Source of the DNA: Macrostomum lignano
Taxonomy: Eukaryota
Direction of reading: 5' to 3'
Length of the DNA: 64,000 bases
Assembly (NCBI GenBank): GCA_002269645.1
Contig: NIVC01000275.1
Coordinates: 362,327-426,326 of the forward strand
Shown here: in pieces, positions 12,529 to 24,896 of the stretch
Layout of the letters: the number at the start of each line of letters is the position of its first letter
Position numbering within the stretch: position 1 is the first letter of the stretch
The notes under the pieces: generated by a model
What the model saw: only the letters and a program-made list of their open reading frames with translations
Database searches by the model: none
Told to the model about the DNA's origin: nothing
Translations under genes and position numbers: made by a program

Positions 12529-13099
12529 ACAACTCTCATGGATAATATGCATGAAAAATTGATGACACTAAGAAATCAATCGAACTCAGTGATATAACAG
12601 ACGTGGAAAGTTAGAATCGAAATAAGAATTTAGCCCAGCACTACAAAAAAGGCATGAAAACTCAATTAGTGTCCCCGAAATGAGTTGGATTATTAATTAT
12701 TCAAATTCAAAAAGGTCAACAAAACAATACTTTGGAGAAGTCTTCAAAAATGAGTTTATGTCCCATTACTCAGTTACTCAGTTTGGGTCGTTGTGGGCAC
12801 AAGGATGCAAGAATGAATGGCTGCTTCAATGCTTCAATTATACTAGTACTCGTAGTTGATGAAGCAGCGCTCTCGGGCTGCTGGACTTGCTCTGCCTTAA
12901 TTAGCTTGATGAATGAAGGCTTGTGACTCGATAGCCTCGTACTTTGACTTTGAACAAAACAAGCTGGGAATAAAGGAGCTGACCTGGCAGGAAGGTATCT
13001 CCTGTTACTCGGTGGAGGAGGTACTTGAGATTCCGGGGCAGATTCGGACTCGTCCTACTTACTGCCATGCTCATCTATCAAGCAAAATGCCTTGCGGCT

Positions 13100-13406
13100 A
13101 AAATGTCTCAGGCTTGTAGAAGCTTTCGTCGATTTTGTTTATCGAGGTAGGAGCCTGTGTGCACCCTGGCGCACTTTAAGCGACATTGTCACAGCCGGCG
13201 AGAGGTATTACTGCCCATTCCGCCGACTCCCCTGAGTAGGCACACAAGCGCGCGGATGTACAAGAGGGTACAGCGGCCCTAACTTTACGACGTACTTATC
13301 GTTAAACATGTACACTTCACTGTGACTTGGGTTGACTGCACGTAGAATCGAGCCTGGGCCGCTGGCACATCGAGCGCCAAGCGCCAGACCACTGGGCTAC
13401 GGCCAC
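13100..13406 (-). mobile_element. Candidate tRNA-derived SINE (Pol III A and B boxes in the head); 3' boundary uncertain
   Basis: The minus strand from 13406 reads GTGGCCG-TAGCCCAGTGG (A-box-like) ... GGCTCGATTC (B-box-like) at tRNA-like spacing. No clean cloverleaf is visible. Confidence 0.45.
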
Positions 13407-14512
13407 TCAGCCTTCATCAATGTCTTGCATGGAAGCTGGGAGACAGTCTCAGGGCAAAATCATTCTAAAAAAACAAAAATTTATGAAATGCGTCACATGG
13501 TGCCTCCGGGCTAGGGCGGGAGCACTTAGCGTCAGCGGCAGCACCTCCTGCACCGACTGTGTGCAGTACGATTCGGAGCGGATGCTGTGCGACCTGCCAG
13601 CTGGGAATAAATACTTAAAGCGCCTCTAAATCTCGACGGGGTTGCAGAATAAAAACTTTTAGTGATCCATGTCAGTAATTTAGCAATAACAACATGTTAT
13701 CGAAATTATTTCCCAAAACTTCCATCATAAAAAATTTGTACAGTTCCTTTCAGAAGCAGGCTTCCCTAATCTTCGCAAAGCTGAGGACTAGAACTCTCTA
13801 GGGCTTTTGCTCTCCTGCATTTCCCGCGAAGCCCCGAAAGCAGCGGCTTCATCAAGCCCAGGGGCCAGCGCTTAATCCTTTGTATCTGAGAATTATCGCA
13901 GCGGGAAGCTCGCACATAAAACTAAGTTTGTTTGTTTCTCTTCCCGAGCTCTCTGCTCAAGTTAGAATAATATTGAGATTGCTTGGAGCAGCGATTTTCT
14001 GCCGCAGACTTCGTTTTCGGCCGGCAAATTAGTTTTTATTCTAATTAATTCTGGTATATTTCTTGCCTATATTGTGTTTTTTGTATCTAAATTGCCTACT
14101 ATTGAGTAGAAATTGCGGCTTATGGTAGTTCTAAACTGTGTTAGAAACTCAGCCGGCCGATTGCAGAAGCAAATGTCACAATCATGCAGCAAATAAAGTG
14201 TGAGTTTAACTTGGCAATGAAATTCTCAAGATGCCCTCTATGCAGTCAGCCTGGCGGTTCGCCCGTCCCGACCTTGCTCTGGCCGCGGGCTGACGCAGAA
14301 CTGCCACGTCAGCTGCAAAGTAAGTAAAAAGCCGGAAAGCTTATCAGCTGGTAGTAACTTTGATACCCCGCTGCGCGGCCTTAACTTTGGCCAGCCAGGT
14401 AGATAAGTCATAAGCGTTCTGTGACACGCACTCACATAACAACTGAAACAAGCTGCTTCAGCCAAGAACGTTGCGAGCTGTGTTAGTTTCTATTTTGTCA
14501 TTTCTGGTCGGA

Positions 14513-15673
14513 ATGTCCGAGACACGCAAGGTGACGATCTTCGGAAGCGGCCTGGTGGGCTGCCAGTGGGCCATGCTGTTCGCGGCTGCCGGCTTCCAAG
14601 TTGCACTGCATGACGCCAAGGAGGGCCAGGCGGCGCGGGCTCTCCAGCAGATCGACAGCCAGTTGAGAGACCTGTCAGCCAAAGGTCATCTGCGCGGCTG
14701 CCTGTCTGCTGAGCAGCAGCAGCAGCTGATCTCGGCGCCTGGTTCCCTCGATGAGGCTCTGGATGGTGCCTTCCTCGTGCAGGAGTGCGTCTTCGAGGAC
14801 GTCCAGGTGAAACGCGACGTCTTCAGGCTGCTTGACGCCAAAGCTCCGGCCGAGGCTTTCCTGTGCTCGTCCACCAGCTGCATCATGCCCTCTGAGTTCA
14901 CCAGTGAACTGCCGGGTCGGGCCCGGTGCCTGGTGGCACACCCGGTGAATCCGCCCTACTTCCTGTCACTGGTGGAGCTCGTGCCGTCGCCCTTCACCGA
15001 CCCGGCGACTGTGCAAACCGTGAAGGAGACGCTTGTAAAGCTGGGCCAGGAGCCGATCGTTAAGCTTCGAAGACAAATGCAGAATGTTGAGCCCAAAGAT
15101 TCCAGCAGGGAATCACTCCTTGTAAGACGAATTATATTTAGCATTGGGAGATGGTTAAAAGTGACAAAATCCAATAAAGGAACAACGAGAATTCGAATAC
15201 CGAGCAACTGAGCGACACCGACTAAAAGCGCAAAAGTTGGGTGTTTAAAAGCCACAACGCGACAACCGAACTCAGACATCGACCATGCCACCCCTACCAC
15301 ACTTACAGCTGCCCACAAAGCACACTTGTATTCCAAGCGTCCCCCTGCCAACATCCGATCATAGGTGATGACCTGCGGCCTGGCCCCTCGCTACTGCTTC
15401 CTCGGCCCCCTCGCCGTGATGCAGACCAACGCTAGCGGCATCCGGGACTACTGCCAGCGCTTCGGCTCCGGAGTCGCCCGCGTCTCGGCCACGTTCGGCC
15501 CGACGCCGACCTACCAGGGCGAGGAGGTGGACCGGGTGGCGGCCCAGATGAACACTCTCATGCCGCCAGAGTCACTGGCCGGTGTCTGCGCCAGGCGAAA
15601 CCAGTTTCTCGCCGCTCTGGCCAGAATGAAGCGCGACTTTTCTCAAAGTCGTGGGTCGCAAGACAACATCTGA
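14513..15673 (+). CDS. CRYL1: Lambda-crystallin / L-gulonate 3-dehydrogenase homolog; segments 14513-15058 and 15365-15673, apparently lacking about 38 conserved residues
   Basis: VTIFGSGLVG, VQECVFE, SSTSC and VAHPVNPPY, plus the C-terminal GLAPRYCFLGPL...YCQRF, match CRYL1. The intervening 306 nt is bounded by GT (15059) and AG (15364) in phase 0. Confidence 0.85.
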
Positions 15674-16885
15674 CTGAACAGCGGCCTAGACCATTTTTCA
15701 GTTCATTTTTAATTGATTTTTCAAACGAGCTAAGACCCAAAGATCTTCGTTACTTCTTTAAAAAACATGCCTCATTTTGGTACCTATGGCCGGGAATGAT
15801 GGGAGCTCGGGAGTTTTATCAGACGGACGGTGCCTATAATCAGTACAGCTGGCATTTCGTGAGCTTGGTTAATCGCACTATACAAGTATATTACTGCTGC
15901 ACTAAGTATGACGCACGCTTGTTCATACAAAAGACGCCATGTGCCGTATGAAGCCTGCGTGCTTCGCAAGCCTCGGGGTTGTTTATGCTATCCGCAAAAA
16001 TCCTCGACTCCAGCAGACAGACCGGCGGGTCGGGTGTAAGCAAAGGCAGTAGCGACTTCATCTGCAGCGACTGGCGATTAATTACGGTAGAAGTGCACCG
16101 CTGGGGATGAGGCAATAAAGCTAGGGGAGGTCGCAGCTCTGTGGGGTCTTTTGTGCAACACGGCAATCGAACCGGCCACAATTGCTGAAGTGGGAATAAA
16201 ATAGCTGACCGATCTGACAAAATGCTACAAGGCGCTTCTGTCTTCGGTTCGATGGCTGCACTATTGGAGCGAAGTGTGTAGCAAAGCTGTCTGAGTAATG
16301 GCTGTGTAAGGGGAGTCAGCCTCCTCCCGCGTGTCTCCCTGTCTCTCGGGTTTAGTAGTTACTTGGATGAGGTCCCAGTAAGCCAAAAACTTGGAAGAGG
16401 GTAAAATGCTTTTAGCTGGACGAGCGCGTGGTAAGCATAATAGCGAACTCTGCCCCCCCCCCCGCGACGGCTAAAAATAGGCCTGTCGGAGCACTGCAAA
16501 CTAATTTCGCAGAATGCTTCAGCCGGTGTCCGGAGTGGCGTTCCGGACACATTCTGTCTGGCCCCTCTATCAGTCACTTGGCTGCATGAAAGCGAAACTT
16601 TTATCTGCGCCGGCACGAACTGCTGCGAAAAGGAAAGTCATCGCCAGCAACAGACCGAGACAAAAATGCTTGCGCACTTAACAGGAGACGGTTTAGAACA
16701 GGAATTTCTGCCGACTGACGCAAAAGCAGAAAGTTTGTGACAACAGGAACTGGATACCCTTTGTGCTCTCAAAGTCGGCATCGAAGCCTGTGGCAAGTTT
16801 TGAAACAAATTTGGCATCGAAAGCTTTTAAACTTCCCATTTGTTTCTACTACAGCTCTACTCGTATAAGTGCGTTGAGTCGGTGG

Positions 16886-17586
16886 CACTGCAAGCCATGG
16901 CACCTCAGCTACCTGTAAAGCACTGCAAGCCATGGCACCTCAGCTACCTGTAAAGCACTGCAAGCCATGGCACCTCAGCTACATGTAAAGCACTGTAAGC
17001 CATGGCATCTCAGCTACATGTAAAGCACTGTAAGCCATGGCATCTCAGCTACATGTAAAGCACTGTAAGCCATGGCATCTCAGCTACATGTAAAGCACTG
17101 TAAGCCATGGCACCTCAGCTACATGTAAAGCACTGTAAGCCATGGCATCTCAGCTCTACATGTAAAGCATTGTAAGCCATGGCATCTCAGCTCTACATAA
17201 GCATTGTAAGCCATGGCACCTCAGCTACATGTAAAGCACTGCAAGCCATAGCACCTCAGTTCTACATGTAAAGCACTGTAAGCCATAACACCTCAGTTCT
17301 ACATGTAAAGCACTGTAAGCCATGGCATCTCAGCTCTACATATAAAGCATTGTAAGCCATAGCACCTCAGTTCTACATATAAAGCACTGTAAGCCATAGC
17401 ACCTCAGCTACATGTAAAGCACTGTAAGCCATAGCACCTCAGATCTACATGTAAAGCACTGTAAGCCATAGCACCTCAGATCTACATGTAAAGCACTGTA
17501 AGCCATGGCACCTCAGCTCTACAGCAGTGTAAGCCATAGCACCTCAGCTCTACAGCAGTGTAAGCCATAGCACCTCAGCTCTATAG
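16886..17586. repeat. About 35-bp minisatellite (GCACTGTAAGCCATGGCACCTCAGCTACATGTAAA), about 20 copies
   Basis: Direct observation; units vary by +2 nt (CTCTAC). Confidence 0.95.
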
Positions 17587-20361
17587 GACCACCTTTATAA
17601 TGTATTGTGCTATTCAGTCTAATTTCTGCACTACAGTGCAAGTGTATGATGCCCGTTTTCGGATGCATTAAGATATGCAGAGCCACGAAAGAATGAGCCT
17701 TAACATCCTTGGTAACGCGGCATTCATAGTAGTAGTCGCTGGAATCGCATAGGTTAGCACACATAAAATGGGCGGCAACTTTCCCTCCTGCAGACTCCCC
17801 AGACCACGATAAAACACATCAATCATAAAACTTGTGAAGCTTTCTGCTGCCGCGGCGATTCTTTTTTGAAAAAAATTACTCTCGACACACAACTGCATCT
17901 CTATGATCCCCATTCTTCCTTATTTCTTACCGACCATCGCCGTCCCTAACCACTCCATTCTTCTAGCCGGCTCCCTGGCTTATTTTGATCCCATTGCTCC
18001 CGTGGGATGTTCCGTGTGCGTGGAAGCGCGCTGGCCGAGAGAGGCAGGCGTTGGATTGGCCGGCCAAGAATGCGCGCAACTCGTCAAACCCGCAAGCGCC
18101 CTTGGTTCGGGCTCGACCGTAATCCCACTGGCTCTGGCTGGCTGGCCGCCCCGGCTAAATTTAGTCCCTCGCTGAGCTGATTCTTCGGCCGCTGCAGCAG
18201 CAGGCTGTGAAAGTCGCCCAACTTTGACTCGGAGCGTGACGAGGTTGAGTAGGTCTCAGCTGATTTTAACAAAAGAAGTAGACTGTGAACTTTATTAGTG
18301 ACTTTTATTAACATTATCGGGCGAACCGGCGACTTCAACTTTCAATCAGGTGAGAAGATATCTTGGCCCAAAATGAATAGAATGGATTGCTAATCTAGCC
18401 AACATGAATATAGTGCAAGTCTTTGATTCCTCCAGCAAGATTTCTCATTAGTTCCGTCGTCCGTAAGGTACTGTCAGATTAGCTAAAAGTACACGCTGAT
18501 AAGGACTGTCACAGTCAAGGATTTTCTGAGCAGTCTAAAGCCAGTGGGTCAGGTAACCCCAGATCCAGTGCTGCACTCCCCCTAGTCTCCTCTTTTGGCA
18601 CCGCTGGCAGGGCTTGCAGCCGGCACATCCGGCTGGGTTTCCCGGTGTTGAAAATGTGGGCCAAAACTACACGAAAATATCCGGAGTTCTTGAGTGCGAG
18701 CGACAGGGACAATGCCCTGCAGACGTTTCCTCGGGTTTAATTAAAAAATCTTATAAGCATTCTGAATTTGCCTCATCAAAAAAGCGACCTGTACAGCATT
18801 GGACTGATTTGGCATTGGGAGACATAAGCAGAAAGCTAATGTAAAAACTATGCTAACAAATTCAGGCATTTGATCTTCATAGTATAGCATTTCATAACTC
18901 TTTCCGACTCCAGCACTGGAGAACAGATTTCGGTTAAAATGTTCTGAAATCAAACCTTCCCCATTCCATGTTCTATAGGCTCTTACGTAGGCTATCAAAG
19001 CCGGGAGACCAGTTTTTGTTCTACCGAAGATCCGGGTTAATCTCTCGCTCAGAGTCCGCGATTCGTGTGTGTGTGCATACCGGAGCATAGGACAGTGCAA
19101 ACAATAGAGCAGAGCTCAAGCACTGTGCTAGCTATAGGTCACTTTCTCTTGATATACAACCAGCTCGGGGCTGGCTCGGCTCTGGCAAAGTGCAAACTGG
19201 CCCGACTTGCCGAGCGATATCGCCCACTGCTAGGCCAGCAATTATGCATCGCGGGGGATTAAGGGGGGAGGGGTACGGGTGGCAGAGAGGGGACCGGAGA
19301 GGTTTTTTGGGCCAGGAGCTCAGCTCCCTCCCCCCACAAGCAAGTTCTAGCAAGCCCCCCATATTTTGGAGCTCTCAGAGCTACCCTTCTGCCCAGCTCT
19401 CCAAGCGCACCCAGCCTGCCCGCATCGCGTCAGCGGAGTCTCAGTAGATCCGACCTGAAGAAAAAATGAGAGAAGAAAGATCTTCCGAGATCACTCAGAA
19501 AACTGCATCGGCTCAAGGGTTTCAAAGAATCCGATATGGTTGCTAAGGCTTCGGCAATGTCCGTGCTTTTTTTATCCGCATTGACATTAGAACAAGTCAG
19601 TGGCTCATGTTAGTTAGTTATGCTACACGAGCTATAGATAAAATTTCCAAGATAGTTTACTTCTCAGCGGGAAAAGATTTTTTTTCGATGACTGCGACTG
19701 GACGCCAAAGACCAAATATTTTCCCTTAAATAATCAAACACATTCTTTGACCTCTTAAAAAGCTTGCTTTCGGTTACGCCCCCCTCCCCGGGCGCTGTTT
19801 CGCTGAAAGAGTTACTGACGGACAGAAAACATCTAGCCGCGGGCAATAGAGACAAACTCGTCGCTTCATCTTTGCGCGCCTCCTCCCGAATTTCCTCTCA
19901 CTTGCTGTTCTGCGCGGCCCGCGGTTCAGCCGGCAGCAGGAATTCATTGGCGTCACCCCCCCCCCGGGGGCTGGCACCCCTGTGCAACAGGCGGGGCAGG
20001 GGGCTGCGCACCAGATCGAGTTTGCCGGGCGGACTGCGCCACGATGGACGACTGGCCCAACCCCGGATCCCAATGCTGCACGCTTCAGCCCCGGCATCCC
20101 TACTGGACTTGCGAGAACAAAGCAGTGTAGAAAAGCTGCGGGAATCGGGGGGGGGGGCAGAACCAGACGCTAAATCCCAGCAAAGACGCGCTGCCAGACG
20201 CCAGAGAGCAAGCAGCTCGCCAGGGCTTCTGGAGCGGAGCCTTAGCGCCACTCCTGCCCAGGCCAAGATTGCTAGCAAAATCGATTCCTAGCCTCCTACT
20301 CGCTTCCTTTCTGGCGGCAAAGATGATGAAGCGCAGAGGCTGGGCTGGAAGGGCTCAGGAT

Positions 20362-20370
<9 letters not shown>

Positions 20371-20424
<54 letters not shown>
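20371..20424. repeat. (CT)n microsatellite
   Basis: Direct observation. Confidence 0.98.
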
Positions 20425-20427
<3 letters not shown>

Positions 20428-20705
20428 AACTTTGCGCTGACAGGCGCATGGGAGGCAAACTCCCGAGCAGCAGACTCTGACAGTTGATTAGGGCTCCTTA
20501 TCTGAGCTCGTAAAGGAGTGGCGAAGGCTTTACCTACTCCATGCGAGAAGTTTCAACAAAGATTGCGAGAGGGATTTGCCTGTGTGCGCCGCCCCTCCCC
20601 CCACGATGCGAGTGGGTTTTAAGTCCCGTATTTGCTCTCCTGTCACGCTCATTCTCTCTATTCATGACCCAACCGCTCCAGCCTTCCCTCGAGAGCGCAG
20701 CCGGC

Positions 20706-21487
20706 ATGAAGCAGCCGCCGCGGCCGCAACCGCTGCTCATTCTTCTGCTCGCAGAGCTCCACTTGGCGAGCCGCTGCGCCGCCAGCTGCTGCAGGGCCAC
20801 GGCCCCGAGGAGGCCGAAATCCGCCTCTGCAATGCGTCAGCTAACATCACTACGAACTGCGTGACCCCGAACCACGGACTGCTGACCGCCCTAGTCGTGA
20901 TGCTGTCCTGCCTGTTGCTGCTCATGATAGGCAGCATGGCGCTGCCTCTGACCGTCCAGAACCGCCTGCTCCGCCTGCTGCTCTGCTCAGCGTGTCGCGG
21001 TAAGCCACAGCCTGGCCAGAATTTCAGCTACATCAACGTCGGCTTGTACAAGACGCGCAACGCAGTCTGCCGACGCGAAGTTTATCAGCAGCACGTGTGG
21101 GGCAATGGCGGCGGAGCGGGGGCTGGGGGGCAGCAACAGCCGCAAGAGGAGCAGCGACCAGCTGACCCAGAGAGGCACGTCGACTGCTGCATCATCGAGG
21201 CGTCGCCGGCCGTGTCCACTGCGTCATCCGCATTCTGTGCGGTGCCAATCTGCATCGAGTCGGCGCAGAAGGATGCCACGATGGCCACAACAGAGGCATC
21301 GACAGCCGCCGATCTCCACACCGGCCACTGCTGGCCGGAGCTGCAGTGCCAGCACCCTGCTGTGGTCTGCGACGCGATGTTCTGCTACCGGTCCGATCCC
21401 AATATTCGGCAGTCGGCCGCGGCTGCTCACAACCACTGGCCTGTTAGCTCTGATGAGGCTCAGCAGCTGCTGCAGCAGCATCAATGA
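20706..21487 (+). CDS. Putative small type I membrane protein (signal peptide, Cys-rich ectodomain, one TM helix, Q/A-rich tail) with one frameshift near 20792
   Basis: MKQPPRPQPLLILLLAELHLASRCAASCC lies in one frame. GHGPEEAEIRLCNASANITTNC...LLTALVVMLSCLLLLMIG lies in the next. Adding one G in CAGGGCC joins them. Confidence 0.45.
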
Positions 21488-24400
21488 AACTGAAGTGGGG
21501 GTAGTTGCTGGGGCGGCTCGGAATTCCACTAGCAATGTTCGGTGCGTTCAAATTCGTGTTTAATAAGACTGAGACAGTTGGGACATTTTAGTAATTCCTT
21601 GAGCACCGGTAGATCATCGTAGCAGACACAGCCTTTACCAACGTTTTGCATGACAACCAACTGAATCATCTTCCTTTCCTTTCTGTGCATAGTTCATTCA
21701 TTCTCTTGTTTATAAGTTCCTAGAAATCCCTTTTATCTACTTTGATGCAGCGTCAGAGTTTATTTTTTTTTACTTAAAAAATACACGCCACTTTATTGTC
21801 CTGGCCTTAGAATGTAAAAATCAACTTTCGAAAATATCAATGCTAAAAAAATTTCATTACTGAGTTTTTCAGAGGCTTTTTTGTTGATTTGAGTTATTCG
21901 TAAATTTGGTGCATTTGTAGACTCTGATCCGGTCCAAAAAGACACATCTTTTCTGCAGGCCCAGTGTGCACCTGTGCTCACCTACCAACAGCTACAGCAG
22001 TTCGAGTTGGTGAGCAGATGTGGCCTGCCAGCTCGACCGAGCAAGGGTAGCCTAATCGAGTAATTAGCGACATCCTCGCGAACTTCGGGGACCAGACAGA
22101 CCACCGATGCTGTTCCAGTAAACTTATGTTCTACGCTCCACTTACGTTACTTTCTGAGTGGGCGTAGAATGTTTTCTAAAAGCTCCGCAGGCAGAATAGA
22201 CTTTGCAGGCAGAAATTCAGAAACATGTACTTCTCCCTAGACTCTTTCCCAAGCCCAAACGGACTCTCATCGAGGGCTCAGCCCCACTGATGGAGCCCCA
22301 AACGGAGAGAGGAGAGAGAGGGGTCGGTAATCCTGCCAACGACGGAGCAATGAGGGGCCATTTTCAGTCCTCGCTGAGCCGGTGGCCGGAGCGGGGGCGA
22401 CTTGTTCTGACTTATCCCCGCCAATTTCCCCTCCGCAACGGTCCAGCCGGCAAGATGCGCGAAAGCTAAGAACGACTAAACGGCCCAAAATCCAGACGGG
22501 ATTTTGACCGGCCCAGTTTCTTTGACACTCGGGTTTGCAAATTTCCTGAGCCAGTTCGCTTCTCCCCATTCCCCATGGCCGGCCCTCTTCGATTATTGCG
22601 ACGAGTCCCATTCTCACTCGATGATCCACTCCGAAATTCGCGGATCCGAATCTCAGCTGCGGACTTTTATGTCTCTAGACCCGTAGCCAGTCTAAAAGCA
22701 GTGACCAATGCTGGAAGAATACAGAGCCTGATGATTATCATAGTGTGGAATTCAACTACTCTGAGTCTCAGTTATTTGACAATTTTGCATTCTGAAATAA
22801 AGTCAGAACTTTATTGAGACAAAAAGGTGTAACAACTTTATATCGAAACCAAGTATTGTCAATCGCTCTGACTTAGTCTTACCTGCACCTCGCTAGAAGT
22901 ACATCCAGAGAGAGAGAGAACACAGCAATGCAATTCAATCCAGCACCCCCAGCCTCATGCTGGCCAAGTTACCACACTTTATTACACCTTCCGTGTACAG
23001 AGTGTTTGTAACTTCTACTCTCTCTTAACTCGCACCTCTTGACTCTTACCATGAGACTCTCACTACAATGACTCAGCCTCTGCTTCAGAATGTCTGTCTA
23101 TCAGCCTGTCGACCCTCTGTCGCGCTCTCCTATCTGACTCCCAACTATGATCCTCTTATCTGCATCTTCAATAGTTCGTTTAAATCCCCAATATTGATAT
23201 TTGCATTAAACCCCTGCGTAACTTTTCTAGCGGGATTCGAATCTGCACTCGGGTAAACCCATGTGCGCAGATTTGATATATCTGACAGCTTTATTGCATG
23301 CCTGCAGGGTAGAAGGCGGAATTGCCGGAGCGATAGTCTTAAATGTTATGTGGTGCCCGCAGGTTCTAGCTCGTACAGGAAATCACAGACTGTCTGCCCT
23401 CTGCTTTACCGAGCTGCTCTTTTGCCATGCAGACATCGCTTCAATAGCATGGACAAAAGCTATTTGACGTTCGGTCAGCTGTAGGGACAAACTTTATTTG
23501 GGAATTTTTTTCATTTTTAAAATGATCCAAACGGAAACTGAAGCACCAGTATTGCATTAGATTGCATTCGGTTAAAGGCAGTCTTAAATACAACAAAGTT
23601 CAGCTCCAACTCTGTATATCTGGCACCCAAGCTTAAAGATAATTGTTGGACAGACAATGAAAGATGTGCAGAGTATAAAACAGGCGCACGCAGAACTGTA
23701 CACTGCATCACAAAATGTACACTGACTCACTCACCTATTAGCAGTCATGGAGTGGAATTGGTTCTCCTAATCTAGAACCAAGTCTACGTGCCAAAAAGTC
23801 ACTCTTGACGGGCTTTGTCAATTAAAATAGAATAGATCACCAAAGATGGAGCCTCTTGACCTCAAGACCCTCTTAACGTAGCTCTCTCTTCCTTTGCTAT
23901 CCTTTTGACTGGCTGCTCAGATTTTTAATTGAATCTCCATTTTATTTCGTTGCCAACTGGCTCATTTGTATTCTCATTAGATCGCCTCGGTTCCGCTCTC
24001 AATTAATCCTTGATCCCTTTCTTTTAAGTATCGCGATCACCATATCAATCTGACACTGGGACACTTAGTATGGCCACTTTCACTGTTTTTTTATCAAGGC
24101 AGAATTTTTGTTGCAGAAATGCTGCCTGTGTCCGAGCCCATTGGTTTCTGCTCGTACGAAGTTAAAAACTTGTCTTTAATTAGGAGTTCTGTGCCTTTTT
24201 GCTGAATCATGTTGCAGAGAGTGAGCGCAGGCAAAGTATGCATTAAAAAGATGACTTTTAGCTTAAAGTTTCAGGCTAATGAGGCCTACTCAGTTAAAAA
24301 AAAACAAGGCAAAGTACTTTTAGCTATCCACATAATTTCAGTGAACAGCTAGACTATGAAGGGACGCCCAGTGACTGCCGCTCCGCGTTGACAAGCTGAT

Positions 24401-24896
24401 TGCATTGCATGCAACAACATGCAACAACAGCGCCGCCACGCAAGCTTGGAACCTGGCCGGCTAAATTACCTACAGAGGCAGTTTCGATGGCTATTTCATT
24501 TATCGCATCGAGCTGGCGGCTGACGGCCAGAAGTTGCGTGCCACAGCAGGCCTGGCTGAGGTGGCACGCGCGTTGTGCACTGTGCATTGTGCTTTCTATT
24601 CTCTCCTTGCCTGCCTCTTCTATCCGCCTCACTGTGTTTACTCGCTACGCCTGAATGAAGAGAGACAGTTGACTCAGCGCACAGCTCAAACCCGCACTCG
24701 CTCTACTCAACCCTGAGCACGTGTTGACTATGCATCAGTAGGATGACGTGGCACAGGCCCGCCGGTTGGACGTTGGCGCTTCGGAGGTGGGGTTCGATGC
24801 TTTTCAAAAACAGTTTTTAATTCGGTGCTGGATGGCTTTCTGTTTGTGAGACAACAAGGCAAGCAGTTGAATTTCTGGAAATTACCGCTGACAAAG

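Noticed and set aside
14956-15354. Hydrophobic minus-strand ORF across the CRYL1 insert
   Set aside because: No ATG start, no recognisable family, and it overlaps CRYL1 coding sequence; kept only as part of the CRYL1 anomaly.
18620-18920. Possible hAT dimerisation-domain remnant on the minus strand (CLCLP...SNA)
   Set aside because: The ERxFS core is not recoverable and no TIR/TSD pair was found; needs an HMM search.
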